Below are positions 38,381-53,300 of a stretch of DNA of 64,000 bases, one piece after another; the first letter of the stretch is position 1, and the number at the start of each line of letters is the position of its first letter. The stretch is taken from positions 2,110 to 66,109 of the forward strand of contig CAZPWS010000013.1 of NCBI GenBank assembly GCA_964590225.1. The letters are read 5' to 3'. The notes beneath the pieces were generated by a model. It worked only from the letters and a program-made list of their open reading frames with translations. It had not been told where the DNA came from and searched no databases. The stretch comes from an uncultured Fibrobacterota bacterium (GTDB lineage: Bacteria > Fibrobacterota > OXYB2-FULL-49-7 > JAEUSG01). A program made the translations under genes and the position numbers.

Positions 38381-39541
38381 TTACTTGAAATATTTATCAA
38401 GAATTTCGCGACTCGAAAGGATATAATCAATTCCTGAATAAACGGTAACAAGCGTAACCATCCCCATTAGTGAAAATGGGACCCAGCTCCACGCAATCAG
38501 TAAATTTCCGTAAATGAGAGGATAAAGGGAGGGAAATGCACTGTTCGATAACATGGAAAGAGCTGTAGCAAGTACGAGAACCGTAATAATAACAGTTGCC
38601 TGAAGTGCTGTTTTCCACTTGCCAGAATTTCGGGCAGATATAACAACATTTTCGGCAGCAGCAAGCGTTCGAATAACATCTATCGCTGTCTCTCTATAGA
38701 AAACAATTGCAACCATCCACACCGGAACATAGTTTGAAGCCACAAAGCAGAGAAACATGGTCATAGTGCATATCTTGTCTGAAAATGGATCGAGGTATTT
38801 GCCAAGCTTGGTCACTTCATTTCTCTTGCGGGCAAAATAACCATCGAGCCCATCTGTAACAGTAAAAAATACCGCCAGCAGTATCGCAAGCACCTGAAGA
38901 ATTATGGAGTTGTCTGAAAAATTTGCGTTCCGGTCGTAGAAATAAACAATAAGAAAAACAGGGCTCATTAAGAGCCGCATAAGCGTTATTCTTGTTGCAA
39001 GATTTATCTCTTTAAACTTTCTGTCCCGTTTGTATCTGTTCCAGAATAAACCTACACCATCAACAAAGGAGACAACAAGAACCGCAATAAGCGCGAGATT
39101 ATGAAACGGCTCAACCGGATAAACCGTCGCTACAGTAAATAAGAAAATTGCCATAAATACGGTGCCGGTGTTAAATTTTTGCATCCCCTTTGGTGCCGCA
39201 TATTCAACATTTTTCAAAAGATACTGAACAGCATGACGCATGAAAAAAAGCTCTTTTCCAAACACGAAAAGTGTAACAAAGGAGAGCAGTATTGGAAACC
39301 TTGCACTGTTTTGTATGGACATGCCACAAATTGTTACAAGAATCGAGACAAGAGCAAAGCGGTTTGATAGCGCACACACAACCTTTGATGGCTGATCCCT
39401 CTTAAACAGTTCGAGTAATCCAACCAAAGCAATGGCTCCCAATGCGACAATCGCGCCAACAGCTTCGCCGAAAAGGAGCGCCTTAATTACAATAAAGGTA
39501 AGTATCAGTTTGGTGGCCGATAATACTATCGCAAATTCCAT
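38381..39541 (-). CDS. CDP-alcohol phosphatidyltransferase with an extra N-terminal polytopic extension of about 180 aa
   Basis: DGLDGYFARKRNEVTKLGKYLDPFSDK matches DG(x2)AR(x8)G(x3)D(x3)D. The N-terminal half is an additional set of TM helices. Confidence 0.8.
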   Translation of the reverse strand: MEFAIVLSATKLILTFIVIKALLFGEAVGAIVALGAIALVGLLELFKRDQPSKVVCALSNRFALVSILVTICGMSIQNSARFPILLSFVTLFVFGKELFFMRHAVQYLLKNVEYAAPKGMQKFNTGTVFMAIFLFTVATVYPVEPFHNLALIAVLVVSFVDGVGLFWNRYKRDRKFKEINLATRITLMRLLMSPVFLIVYFYDRNANFSDNSIILQVLAILLAVFFTVTDGLDGYFARKRNEVTKLGKYLDPFSDKICTMTMFLCFVASNYVPVWMVAIVFYRETAIDVIRTLAAAENVVISARNSGKWKTALQATVIITVLVLATALSMLSNSAFPSLYPLIYGNLLIAWSWVPFSLMGMVTLVTVYSGIDYILSSREILDKYFK

Positions 39542-39564
39542 TTAGTTTTGAATATACTTAAATT

Positions 39565-41208
39565 TCAACTTAACAGTTTTTTTGCGTGTTCGACGGCAGC
39601 TATTTTTTCTGCTCCTCCAAGCATCCGTGCAAGTTCCTCAACCCTCTCCTCATAATCAAGCTCTATAACTCTCACAACCGTAGCTGTTCCAATATTTCTT
39701 TTAACCACCGAAAAATGGTGCTCAGCTTCTTTTGCTATCTGATGAGAATGAGTTACAGAGAAAACCTGTCTATTTATACCAACTTTCTTAAGCATCTTTC
39801 CAACCATTTCTGAAGTTTCGCCGCCTATACCGGCATCAATCTCATCAAAAACAAGAACTGGTACCAAATCTCTTTCGGCCGTAACAACTCTTATAGAAAG
39901 CATTAAACGGGCAAGTTCGCCACCCGAAGCAGTATCCGCAAGGTTTTTCACCTCTTCACCAGGATTAGCCGAAAAGACAAACTCAATTTTATCAATTCCG
40001 CTTTCGGAGGGGAACTCCCTGTCTATAAATTTAATTCTGAATTCTGTCTTTTCCATATTAAGCAGCTTCAAATTTTTTATAACACCACGACTAAATAATT
40101 CAGCCGCTTTTTTTCTTTGTGAAGAAAGCCCCTTCCCCTTCGATAATACTGATTCTCGTAAATTATCTGCTTTAATCCGCAATTCATCTTCTTCTGTCCC
40201 ACCATTAGCTAATGAAAGAAGGGCTTTTTCTGTTTCGGCAAGAAGCGATACAAGCCCACCTTCATCCTGCTGATACTTTCGTTTGAGCCTGTTTATTTTA
40301 GCAAGAGAATCGTTAAGAGCATCAATATTTTCGTCAGATTCATCATCGTAGTCGAATTTTATAGCCGAAGCAGCCTCCTTTACAAGCGACAACGCCTCAC
40401 AAACCATTTTCCCCCGCTCATCATACAAAGCGTCAATTGCAATAAGCCTTTCGAATAGTTTTTGTGTCTCCCTTAATGAAGGAAGCAGCCTGTCATCAAG
40501 ACATTCTCTCAATTCCCTGCGAAGCTCTATTAACTTTTGTCCTCCTTCAATTCTGCGTATTTTTGCAAGAAGCTGCTCTTCTTCTCCAAATCTGACATTC
40601 GCCTCCTTTAACTCCCTTAATCGCAATGAAAGCATATCTGATTCTTCGCGAATTTTTTTATTGCGAACAACAAGCATATCGAGCGCTCTTTCCGTCTCCT
40701 TCCACTCCATAAATAGCATCGCATATTCTTTTCGTAAAGACACTAAGCCGCCGAAATCATCAAGCAATGAAAGCTGTGTTTCGGTCTTTGTAAGCGATTC
40801 GTTGTCGTGCTGACCATGAAAATCAACCAAAAGATCTCCAAGACTCCGAAGTGATGCCATTGTTATCTGCTGACCGTTAGCAAAAGCACGGCTTCTGTTA
40901 TCTGAGCCTATTTCCCGCTTAATAATTAGTTCTGTTCCATTCTCAAGTGCAATAGCAGAATCATTAAGCGCCCTATGCAGCGAGCTATTCTTTTTATCAA
41001 TATTAAATGTGCCTTGAACTACGGCCTTCTCTTTACCGCTTCGGACTACGCTTCCCTTTAACTTACCACCTAGAAGTAACAGAAGGGCATCAGTAACCAT
41101 CGACTTGCCCGCTCCTGTTTCGCCGGTTAGGACATTAAACCCTGCACCGAACGAGATATCAAGTTTATCTACGAGAATAAGGTCTCTCACAGACAGGTAT
41201 GTTAACAT
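39565..41208 (-). CDS. recN: DNA repair protein RecN
   Basis: MLTYLSVRDLILVD N-terminus, GETGAGKS Walker A, coiled-coil middle region, and ASGGELARLML/VFDEIDAGIGG at the C-terminus. Confidence 0.93.
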   Translation of the reverse strand: MLTYLSVRDLILVDKLDISFGAGFNVLTGETGAGKSMVTDALLLLLGGKLKGSVVRSGKEKAVVQGTFNIDKKNSSLHRALNDSAIALENGTELIIKREIGSDNRSRAFANGQQITMASLRSLGDLLVDFHGQHDNESLTKTETQLSLLDDFGGLVSLRKEYAMLFMEWKETERALDMLVVRNKKIREESDMLSLRLRELKEANVRFGEEEQLLAKIRRIEGGQKLIELRRELRECLDDRLLPSLRETQKLFERLIAIDALYDERGKMVCEALSLVKEAASAIKFDYDDESDENIDALNDSLAKINRLKRKYQQDEGGLVSLLAETEKALLSLANGGTEEDELRIKADNLRESVLSKGKGLSSQRKKAAELFSRGVIKNLKLLNMEKTEFRIKFIDREFPSESGIDKIEFVFSANPGEEVKNLADTASGGELARLMLSIRVVTAERDLVPVLVFDEIDAGIGGETSEMVGKMLKKVGINRQVFSVTHSHQIAKEAEHHFSVVKRNIGTATVVRVIELDYEERVEELARMLGGAEKIAAVEHAKKLLS

Positions 41209-41222
41209 GTCAATACGCAGTG

Positions 41223-43471
<2,249 letters not shown>

Positions 43472-43496
43472 TAAACCCCCCTTTCAAAATTAAAAA

Positions 43497-43518
43497 AGCG
43501 CACAATCCCGTGTGCGCT
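43497..43518 (-). terminator. intrinsic-terminator-like hairpin about 25 nt upstream of the DUF164 start codon (leader attenuator or end of a small RNA)
   Basis: AGCGCACA-CGGGAT-TGTGCGCT (8-bp stem) followed on the minus strand by TTTTTTAATTTT. It lies in a divergent intergenic region, so it terminates no annotated upstream CDS. Confidence 0.5.
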
Positions 43519-43673
43519 TTTAGTGTGGTTATTACAGATTATCTGCTTTGTATGATTATTCGCTTGTTTCATTTTTTATTTAATGAGCAAATATAATTAA
43601 TAGAATGTGCGCGTTACAAAAAAACATAATTGCATTTGTAAAACGGTTTAAATAATATTAATTGCAATAAGTT

Positions 43674-44168
43674 ATGAAAAAGACGCTTACTGTGAAAGAA
43701 GTTGCTGATTTGTGCGCAGTCACCCCCTCCACTGTTCAATACTGGGAACGAAAGGGGGCAATAAAGTCATTTAAGACTTTCGGTGGGCATAGAAGGTTTG
43801 AAGCTGACGCGGTTGAACAGTTCCTCGCTGAAAGAGGCAGGGGTTCTGCATCAATAACAGTGGCTACCGAAAAAAGAGCGGAACCCCGTTTTGCCGTAAG
43901 TTTCCCAGTACTAATTTTTGTTGAAGGGCTAACCGCGTGTACAGCCAGCGGAAATCTATCCAACCTGTCAAATAGTGGTTGTTGTATTGAATTTGCATCA
44001 AGTTGCTGCAACAATTTGACCTCTATTGAAGAAAAGCTTTTTAATAACGAGGTAAAAATTGAACGGGGCGAAGGGTGTCAAACCATCAATTCCCCCATGG
44101 CGGGACAAATCCGAAATATACGGTTGTTAGACCAGAAAACCATCCGAGTTGGTGTTTCGCTAAACTAA
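43674..44168 (+). CDS. DNA-binding (excisionase/MerR-type HTH) protein fused to a PilZ domain
   Basis: LTVKEVADLCAVTPSTVQYWERKGAI HTH. The PilZ motifs are RAEPR (RxxxR) and NLSNSG (D/NxSxxG) about 24 residues apart, with a C-terminal IRVGVSL strand. Confidence 0.7.
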   Translation: MKKTLTVKEVADLCAVTPSTVQYWERKGAIKSFKTFGGHRRFEADAVEQFLAERGRGSASITVATEKRAEPRFAVSFPVLIFVEGLTACTASGNLSNLSNSGCCIEFASSCCNNLTSIEEKLFNNEVKIERGEGCQTINSPMAGQIRNIRLLDQKTIRVGVSLN

Positions 44169-44236
44169 ATCGGCCAAAGGCCGAAACTAAGACTATGTGA
44201 TGGTAATCACGGACACGGCTCGCTAAATTAAATACC

Positions 44237-44265
44237 TTTACCATGCCCCCTTTTTCATGTATAAT
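44237..44265 (+). promoter_or_regulatory. sigma70-like promoter candidate for the giant adhesin gene
   Basis: TTTACC, 17 nt, TATAAT (preceded by TG), about 45 nt upstream of the ATG at 44308. The promoter consensus of this lineage is unknown. Confidence 0.3.
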
Positions 44266-44307
44266 ATCTGTATAGTGGGTGGTTTGCCTTTGTGATGGAG
44301 AAATAAA

Positions 44308-47300
44308 ATGAATAAAAGTACTCTATTTGCACTAATCGTGGCTTTAATTGCGGCGAATTCCTTCTCATATTCTGATGGTCACTTAAGAATTGCGGATATC
44401 TCCTATTACAACAATGTAGAATATTCGCTTACTAACGATTCTATCTTCGTTGAGGTAACGGATCCAGACTTGGACACAAGCGCCTCTGTTCGGGAAACCC
44501 TTTTTGTTCACATTTCAAGCTCAGTTGAACCAGCGGGCGACTCAATAAAACTGATCGAAACATGGAGTGGGAATGGGTGGGTTTTAAGAGGAGCAATCTA
44601 TGTCGATAGTTCGGCTACTCCAGTTTCCGGCGATAGAAAAATACAGGCAGTTGTGGGAGATATGATAACAGTAAGGTATCACGAATCAGCTAATCTTTAC
44701 GGAGAACCGGTTGTACACCAAAAGAAGCTCTTTGTTGCTAAAACAATTAAAAGTGGTGGCAGTGCCGGAAATGAAACATGGCCATTAAGCGGAAGCCCCT
44801 ATTTTGTTAGTGAAAATTTTACAGTTAACTCCAGTGATACCGTCACAATTGCGGCTGGTTCAATACTTGTGTTTCCTGTTAACAGGGATCCATGGTCTGA
44901 GGGTGTTAAACTAACCGTTTATGGACATTTAGTCGCAAACGGAACACTAACCGATTCAATTTATTTTGAATCGCTTGGCGATACTCCAACCAGAAGAGAT
45001 TGGCGAGGGATAGAAGTATATAATGGCTCAATAAATTTACGGTATTGCGTTTTACGCAACTCCACCTATGGAGTAAATTGGTATTATAGTTCCAACTTCG
45101 TTTTCAAGTCCAGCAGAGTAAGCCACTCTTCATTTGTCCGCCACGAAAATGCGCTGCGACACGAGGCATACAATTCACCATACAAATCACTTATCATCGA
45201 CAGCAATTACATTGAATTGTTTGCTTTGCAGGATTCATCTTCAGTAACAGGTATATACAGCACTCAGGGTACCACATATTCTGACACTTTTAAAATTTTT
45301 GACAACAAAATAAAGATCAATCAGGAGACATCTTCCGCTACCTTCTTTTATGGTATGCAATTGACTGGTAGAGATTCTTCCGCTACTGACTACAGCCGTG
45401 CTGTTATTGAGAGGAATTTGATATGGTCGGATAGTGGATATCCTGATCGGCAGGCGAATGGTATCTACCTGTCGTACTTCAAGGCAACAGATATAAAGAG
45501 TAACAGAATCAGCGGTTTTTCAAAAGGTGTTTATTTCGGGTGTCATAACTTCGGTACCATTTTTGAGGACAATATTTTAACACGAAACCATATTGATGCA
45601 TACATCGACTGTGAACCCGGAATTGCTCTTAGAAACAATGCCTTTGCCAGTAACAGTGCAGGAGGATATGGGGTTTACAATTCGCATTACAGTGATGTTG
45701 ACGCAAGGAATGTTTATTGGGGTGAAACGGCGCGGGCGCAAATGAATAGCGGAAGCAACCCAAAAAACATTACAAGAATTTATGACAAATTTGATTATTC
45801 CGGAGTTGGACAAGTTCTTTATTCCGGTTGGTTGAGCGATACAAATGGTACACCAACACCTTCTGGAATTGATGGAGAAATTAAAATACTCGATATGTCC
45901 TATATGACACGCGGCTACTGTCTGGTTGGACAAAGTATTCGGGTGCGAATAATCGATTCAGATCTGAATCTTGACCCGGGAGTTATGGAGACTATTAAAA
46001 TTAGTTTCTCAACAGGAGTCGAGACTACCGACACTCTTTTTCTGCAGGAAACATCGATAAATTCTGACACTTTTGAGGTTGTTGCTCTTGTTGAAAACAA
46101 TCCGACTCCATCCCTTAAAGATGGGAAAATTCAGGTTTTATATGGTCAGATGATTGAGTTTACATACAGAGATGCGCTAACTGGCTATGGATCAGCAGTT
46201 GACAAGAAAATTGTTATAACTGTTCCCAAAACAGTTGTATCGTCCGTATCGGGCAATACAATATGGAATTCAACTAATAGCCCTTACTGGCTTGATGGAA
46301 GTATTACTGTGTGGGCAGGAGACACACTCGAAATTCAGCAGGGAACAAGAGTGTGGATGAAAGCCAATAAGAGCCAGGAATATGAGCAGTATGGTGACAC
46401 CATAAATGTGTTTGGTCACCTTAAAGTTATTGGCGCCTCTGGTGACTCTGTACATATTGGTCCTGTAAGTACAGCTCCTGCTATTCGTGAATGGTTTGGA
46501 ATCCGTGCGTACGGAACAGGTTCAGTTTCTTTAAAGTATGCCAAATTGACCAATGCCTATCGTGGTGTTGAACTCTGGTACGAATATAGCGGTTCTGTCT
46601 GTTTTAATCGAATATCACATTCATTGATATCCTCGGCAAAAACAGCCGTTTATGGATACAATTCAGAATCGCAAGGCATAACAATAATTATTGACAGTAG
46701 CAAGTTTGTGTCTGCTCCTGCCGATACGGTCTCGGATTACTTAGTCAATATGGCATGGTACGGCTATAACAATTCGGGGGATAGTTTGCTGATTTCAGAC
46801 AACGAGTTTAGCATACATAGCAGTCCATCATACACATCAAACAACAAGGCGGTTTATCTTTATGGCAGAAGGGCTTTGCCTGGTTTTAAAAAGGGGTATT
46901 TTCAGCGGAACATAATAAAATCTGATTCTTTGCCAGGGATAGGTCATGAAAGTTCGCATTTAGGTATTGAACTAAGCGACATGCATAGCCTCATGGTGCA
47001 AAATAACCGCTTCAGCAGATTTATTACTGCTATGCGTATTACCGGAGATTCAGGCAGTATTTATAGCGGAAATATTTTTAACGAAAATCAACATCACATC
47101 TACATTGGCTGGGGAGAGAAAGCAGGTCGCTTTCAGGGAAATGCCTTCTCTCACCCATTGTCTGGCGGCTATGCCTTTTACAACAACTCGAGTCCATTTG
47201 TAGATGCTCGTAATAACTATTGGGGTGGTCCTGCAACATCGGAGATGAATAGTGGTGGCAATCCAAAAAATATCTCTGTAATACACGATATGTTTGACGA

Positions 47301-50300
47301 AGCTTCGAGAGGACAGGTGCAGTATGCAGGTTGGTTGAGCGATACAAACGGTACTCCTTCTGCTACCGGTACCGCTGGTATGCTTAAGCTTGCGATTAGC
47401 GATACCGTTTCAAGGGATTGGTATCTGCCTGGCGACACGATGATTATACTGCTTACGGATCCCGATCTTAACACAAATGGAAGCGTTACCGAAACGGTTA
47501 AGATTTCAATATCAAGCAATCAGGAAGCATCAGACACAATCACTCTTACTGAACATGGAACCGACTCTTCACTTTTCACGGCAACGGTGGTAATCGACGA
47601 AAGCGGAACGCCAGTTTATGGCGATGGAAAATTACAGGCTCTGCCTGGAAGTGACATAGTTGTCCGCTATCAGGATATGCAAAATAATTTCGGTCAGCCG
47701 CAACTTGTTATGAGAAAAGCTTTACTTGCAAAGACATATCTTCCTTCAGGTCCATTATCTTACGGAACAGTTCTCGATCATACGCAAAGCCCATACATTA
47801 TGGGTGGCAGTATAAGCGTCATGGTTGGGGATACACTGAAAATCAATCAGGGCACACGGATAATTACAAGAAAGCGGGAAAAGATCAATCCGTGGGATAG
47901 CGACAATGGAGACACTATCTCTGTTTACGGCCATTTGCAGGTAGATGGCGTGGCAGGGGATAGCGTTTATTTCGATACACAAAGAGAGGAAAAATATCCT
48001 GGCAGCTGGTATGGAATCCGTGTTGAGAACGGAGGCACATTCAATATTCGCCATGCTTCATTCTGGAATACTGAGTGCGCACTTGATATTTATACATCAA
48101 ACTATGATACGAACTATGTCAACTTCAGATTGACTAATTCAAAAGTTAATAACGCAAAACGGGCCATGATATTTAACTCAAGCACTTCTGAAAAAATGAC
48201 CCTTAGGGTAAATAACAACAGTTTCGATATTGTCCTGCCTGATACATTTGCAACAGATGCTTTTTATTTTCATTACAACTGGTCAAATGGTGACAGTCTT
48301 ATTTTTTCCGATAACCGGATAAATTTGCACAACAGACGATATAGCCGAAATGGTGCTGCCATTAGAATACAAAACAGAAACAGTGGACCGGAATGCATCC
48401 AAGCATTAATCATTAGAAATATTATTTCTGCCGATACCGCTACAGTATTCAGTAACGATTTTAGTGGCATATACATTGCACAGGCGAGAATGATCAAGGT
48501 TGATACGAATGAGATTTACAGGTTTAGCAGAGGCATATATATATCGGACGACTCAGGGATTGTTATACAGGCAAATAAGTTTGAAGGAAATAACACTCAC
48601 ATTGAAAGAAATTATACATACAACCAATCAAATTCTTACGCAAATAATAATGATTTCGGCCCATTTATGGCTGGTGGTTATGCAATTAGAATGGCCGCAG
48701 AATCAAATGGCTTTGATTTCGATGCAAGGTATAATTACTGGGGACCTTCCATTACCGCCGAGATGAATGGAGGAGGTAATCCGAAAAATATTTCAGGAAT
48801 ACTTGATTTCTACGATAATTCAACTTACGGTAAAGTCACATACTCAGGCTGGCGTTCTACGCCTGCGCTAAATGTGCCGCCAGTATTTACATCGGCTCCA
48901 TCGCTCGCTATTCTGCAGGGCAGGGTTTGGACATACGAAATGACCGCAACCGATGCTAATGGGGATGCTATTGTATTTGAGTTGACAAGCGTACCTGCTG
49001 ATATCGAGCAGACAGGCAATACTTTGAGCTTTAGACCAATGGTTGCCGGTAATTATGAGTTTGTGTTGAGCGCTGTGGCAGGAGGCCAGACAACTCAGCA
49101 AATATTTACGCTTGTTGTAAACGCTGATACTGACCGTCCTTCAAATCCATTAACACTCACTGCCAACGCTGTTTCTGACTCAGCGATAGCACTTTCTTGG
49201 AACCATGATGCTCTTATAGGCACTGATATTGATTCTATTGGAATATGGGCAACTTCGTCAACTTATCCTGATAGTGCTCCCTATGAAGGCGGGGTATTAT
49301 ACAGCCATAGATTCAGTAAAAGTGAATCAAACGCTATGGTTTCATATCTCTGGCCAAAACTTGGACTCTATTTCTCCCTTTTTGTGATGGATAGTGCCGG
49401 GAACTGGAGTGTTGCACCTTCTCAGACTTATGCTCAAACACTTGATTTGCAGCCACCTGAACCTGTTGTTGGTTTTTGGATTGAACACCTTAGTGCTGAT
49501 AGTGTCAGGCTTCATTGGTCGTCTTCAGTTTCGACCGATGTTGATTCACTGGCGATTTGCGTAAGAACAGACTCCATTTATCCAGTTAACCAGTTTGATG
49601 GAGCTATAGGTGCGGTTCCTGGAACAATAACTTCCTTTAGATGGAGTGGTTTGCCGGAAAATACAACTGCCCGTTTTTCGATTTACGCAAGGGACACTTC
49701 CGGCAACTGGAGCACTGCCGCTACCTATGAAGTTTATATGCCAAGAGTCACAAAGCCTGTGAACAATCTTGTGCTAAGTGCCACTCCTATCAGAAAGAAT
49801 CTGGTGAGACTAAAGTGGAATCCTGCCCTTATTGCCGGAGATGGAGTTATGCATGTTGAGGTAATGTGGGGAATGGCAAAACCTAAGGTGTGGCGCGATA
49901 CTTCGATTGCGTTGCAGTATATGATAATGCCTTCTCTGCTTGATTCAGTCACGGATATTGGCATTGAGGAAAATGAGGATTACTGGTTTGCTCTCTTTGT
50001 AGTGGATTCGTTTGGTCTTGGAAGCGATACAACAACAGCCGCAATGAAAAAAGTGAATAGTAATGATTTTATTCCTCCGGCTAACCCGCTGGTATTGTCC
50101 GCAGAGGTGCTTTCCGAACATTCTGCAAGATTGTCCTGGGATCTTTCAGCATTGAACGGAACGCCTATCTCACAAATCAGTTTGTATTACGGTCATTCCA
50201 AAATGACTCATAGAGAAGATACAAATGGTGTTCACATTATGACCTATTTTGCTCCTTTTGATTCAGAGTACACAGCTGCTTTCCTTGAAGGCAAAAAAGA

Positions 50301-53300
50301 TTACTGGTTTACGCTATTTGTACGAGATTCTTTTACAAATTCCAGCGATACGGCTACTTTGGCAATGAAGAAAATAACCACTCCTGATCAGACATCACCG
50401 AACTCAATAGCAGCTCTTCATGTTGATTATGTTGGACTTGGAACTCTGGCTTTCAGCTGGAATCCATCAAATTCTCCGGATGCAGAACAAGTAGTAGTTC
50501 GTTATCGTACCGATGGTTTTTATCCTGATTCAATATCTGATGGATTGTTACTAAAGAACTATTCACCTCTTGATACTGCTGATACGCTTAGTGTTTTTAC
50601 GGAAGGCGTTGACTACCAATTTACCTTCTTTGTTATAGACTCATCCGGAAATGTAAGTCCGCCAATGCCGTGGAATCAGGCACAAATACAAGTAAAAACT
50701 CCGGCGCAAAATGTGAACAATGTTCTCGTATCTGCCATCGACACTTCAACCATAGGTGTCAGGCTTGATTATGCTGGAGCTTTTGCTGATTCTTTCCTTG
50801 TAAGGGTTGATACGGCACGGCATTTAAGCAGTGCTACTAATCTTTCAGCGGCAATTACCTACGCTTACATGAATTATTTCAATCCAAACGATACACTTAA
50901 AATTTTCTCAGGACTAAAAAGTGGTTCGCTCTACTATGTTACTGTATCTGCGTTTAATCAGGGATTTATATCAGACACGATAAATGATTTTAAAGGCGCA
51001 ACTGTGTTAACGCCATCCGTTGGCCCGGCTGCTCCGATATTTGTTACAAGTTTTACCGATACGCTGCAAACACTTGTTGACTCTCTCTTTTTTCTCAACT
51101 TAATTGCTGTTGATGCCAATAATGATGCGCTTGGTTTTTATTTCCTACAGACTCCTCCTTCTGGCATGACTCTTAATCCAACCACCGGAGCCTTATCGTG
51201 GACACCAACCATAGCAGATACAAACATATATACAGTATCTATTTATGTCAGTGATGGCAGCTTGCGGGATACTCTCTCCTTCGTTCTCAAGGCGTTAAAT
51301 ATTAACCAACCACCCGTCTTTATTACCACTGCTGGTGAAATGCCTCAGTGGATACCAGAGAAAGTTTTGTGGACAAAACAGATTAGAGTTTATGATCCCG
51401 ATTCCGCAAGAGGCGACAAGGCACGCTTATTTCTCGATATCGCTCCCACTGGAATGGTTATCGATTCAACTACCAATGTTCTTAGCTGGACACCATCTGC
51501 TTCCCAGATTTCTGCGCTGCCAAATTACGAGGTATATATAAGAGCAGTTGACAATAAAGGTCTTACGGCTGTTCTTAATTTTTCAATCGGGGTTCAGAAT
51601 GTTAACGACAAACCTGTTCTTAACACATATTCCTCAAAGGATACAGCTTATCAGGACATATTGTTCAGGAAAATATATGCCGCAGTTGATCCTGATATGA
51701 ACGAAGTGCTTGTTTACAGATTGGTCAGCGGACCTACTGGCATGACAATAGACTCTACAAATGGAAGGATAAGCTTTACTCCTGTTGAAGGGCAATTTGG
51801 AAATACTACTTTTAGTATCTCAGTTACCGATGCGGGAGGACTATTTGATACTCTTTCTGTTACGCTTACAATGATTAACAGGAACGATCCTCCAGTAATA
51901 TCAACTACTCTCAATACTGAAACAATACAGGAAAAGGCAGCCAAGACATGGACATTGGCAGCAACGGACCCTGATGTTAGTGATATTTTGCGATGGAAAA
52001 AATTGGTTGGACCAACTACTCTTACCGTAGATTCCCTTAATGGCTCTGTTTTATGGGTGCCACAAAACAATGATGTCGGCACACACACAATCACCATAGC
52101 GGTATATGACAAAGAGGGGCTTTCTGATACGCTCACCTTCTTAGTAGTAGTAGAGAACACCAACGATATTCCTACTATCACGATTACAGAAGGACCATTG
52201 GTAAATTTTGGAGCTGTAAAAATCAAATTTAGCGCAAACGATGTTGATCGCAGAAACGGAATAGACTCAACGCTAACCATATCTGCTGTTATAACTGTTT
52301 CAGATTCCTCGGTTCCTCTTTTAAGTAAAACCATATCCCTAAGGAAAAACGACTCTCTCTTCGAGTTTTACCCTGTGAATGATGGGGTATATGATATTAA
52401 GTTAACAGTAAAAGACCAAGCGGCAGACAGCAGCACTGCAATCAAGAAATTCTCCATTGGTGGTGCCGGACAATCTGTTACTTCAAATTTGTTTGTCGGT
52501 GGTAACTGGATAATGGCATCTGTACCTACAGATTCATCAGCCATGCCATCTACTCTTACCGATACAAACCGAAGTGTTGCCGTCTGGTCACCTTCTAAAA
52601 AGCAATATGTTTATGCCAATAGTGGCTTTTCGGCTCTAAAGAGAGGAAGTGGCTTCTGGATTTACTCTATGGACTCTGTAAGAATCAACACACCCAAGAG
52701 CCTTGTTAATCCCTCTTTATCTGGTAGCTGTACTTTAAGAGTTGACACAGGGTGGAACATGATATCAAGTCCTTATGCCTATCCGGTAAAGCTCCCCCTT
52801 TCCGACCCACTTCGCCACTGGTCTTTAACAACAGAAAACTACGATACAACATCCATAATGGAGCCGTGGAAGGGATATTTTGTGTATTCACTCAATGCGC
52901 AGCCAATAGTTCTCACTGGCAACCCATTCAACCCAGATAGTACTGAAAAAAGGTCGCTTGGTAAAACACGACAACTCAATAAAGACGCTGGGGAGTGGCT
53001 TGTTAACATTATAGTAGTTTCCGGCGGTAAACACGACTTAATGAACTCCTTTGGCTCAATGATTGGAGCAAGCGACTTCCACGATACGCTCGACATGACA
53101 AAACCTCCCCCTGCTCCTAATGGCGGTCCAATAATAGCGTTTGTTCAAAAGGGTAGCTCCCAAATGCTTGACCGAAGCGTAACAGCACCATTTAGCGGAA
53201 CAAAAGAGTGGCTCCTTTATGCAGAACCAGCGGCTGGCGAAAATCAATTGGAACTGACTTTTACCGCTACCGATCTTCCAGAAAAATTCCGCATGTATAT

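Noticed and set aside
44170-44184. Hairpin TCGGCC-AAA-GGCCGA just after the HTH-PilZ stop codon
   Set aside because: The 6-bp stem has no following U-run, so it is not convincing as an intrinsic terminator. It might be a protein-binding palindrome, but there is no further evidence.
51714-52334. 206-aa minus-strand ORF inside the giant adhesin gene (and many 60-118-aa ORFs at 45577-53665)
   Set aside because: They lie within an uninterrupted 9.4-kb ORF with clear domain repeats. The antisense frames stay open by chance in Thr/Val/Ser-rich coding sequence. No start context or motifs.
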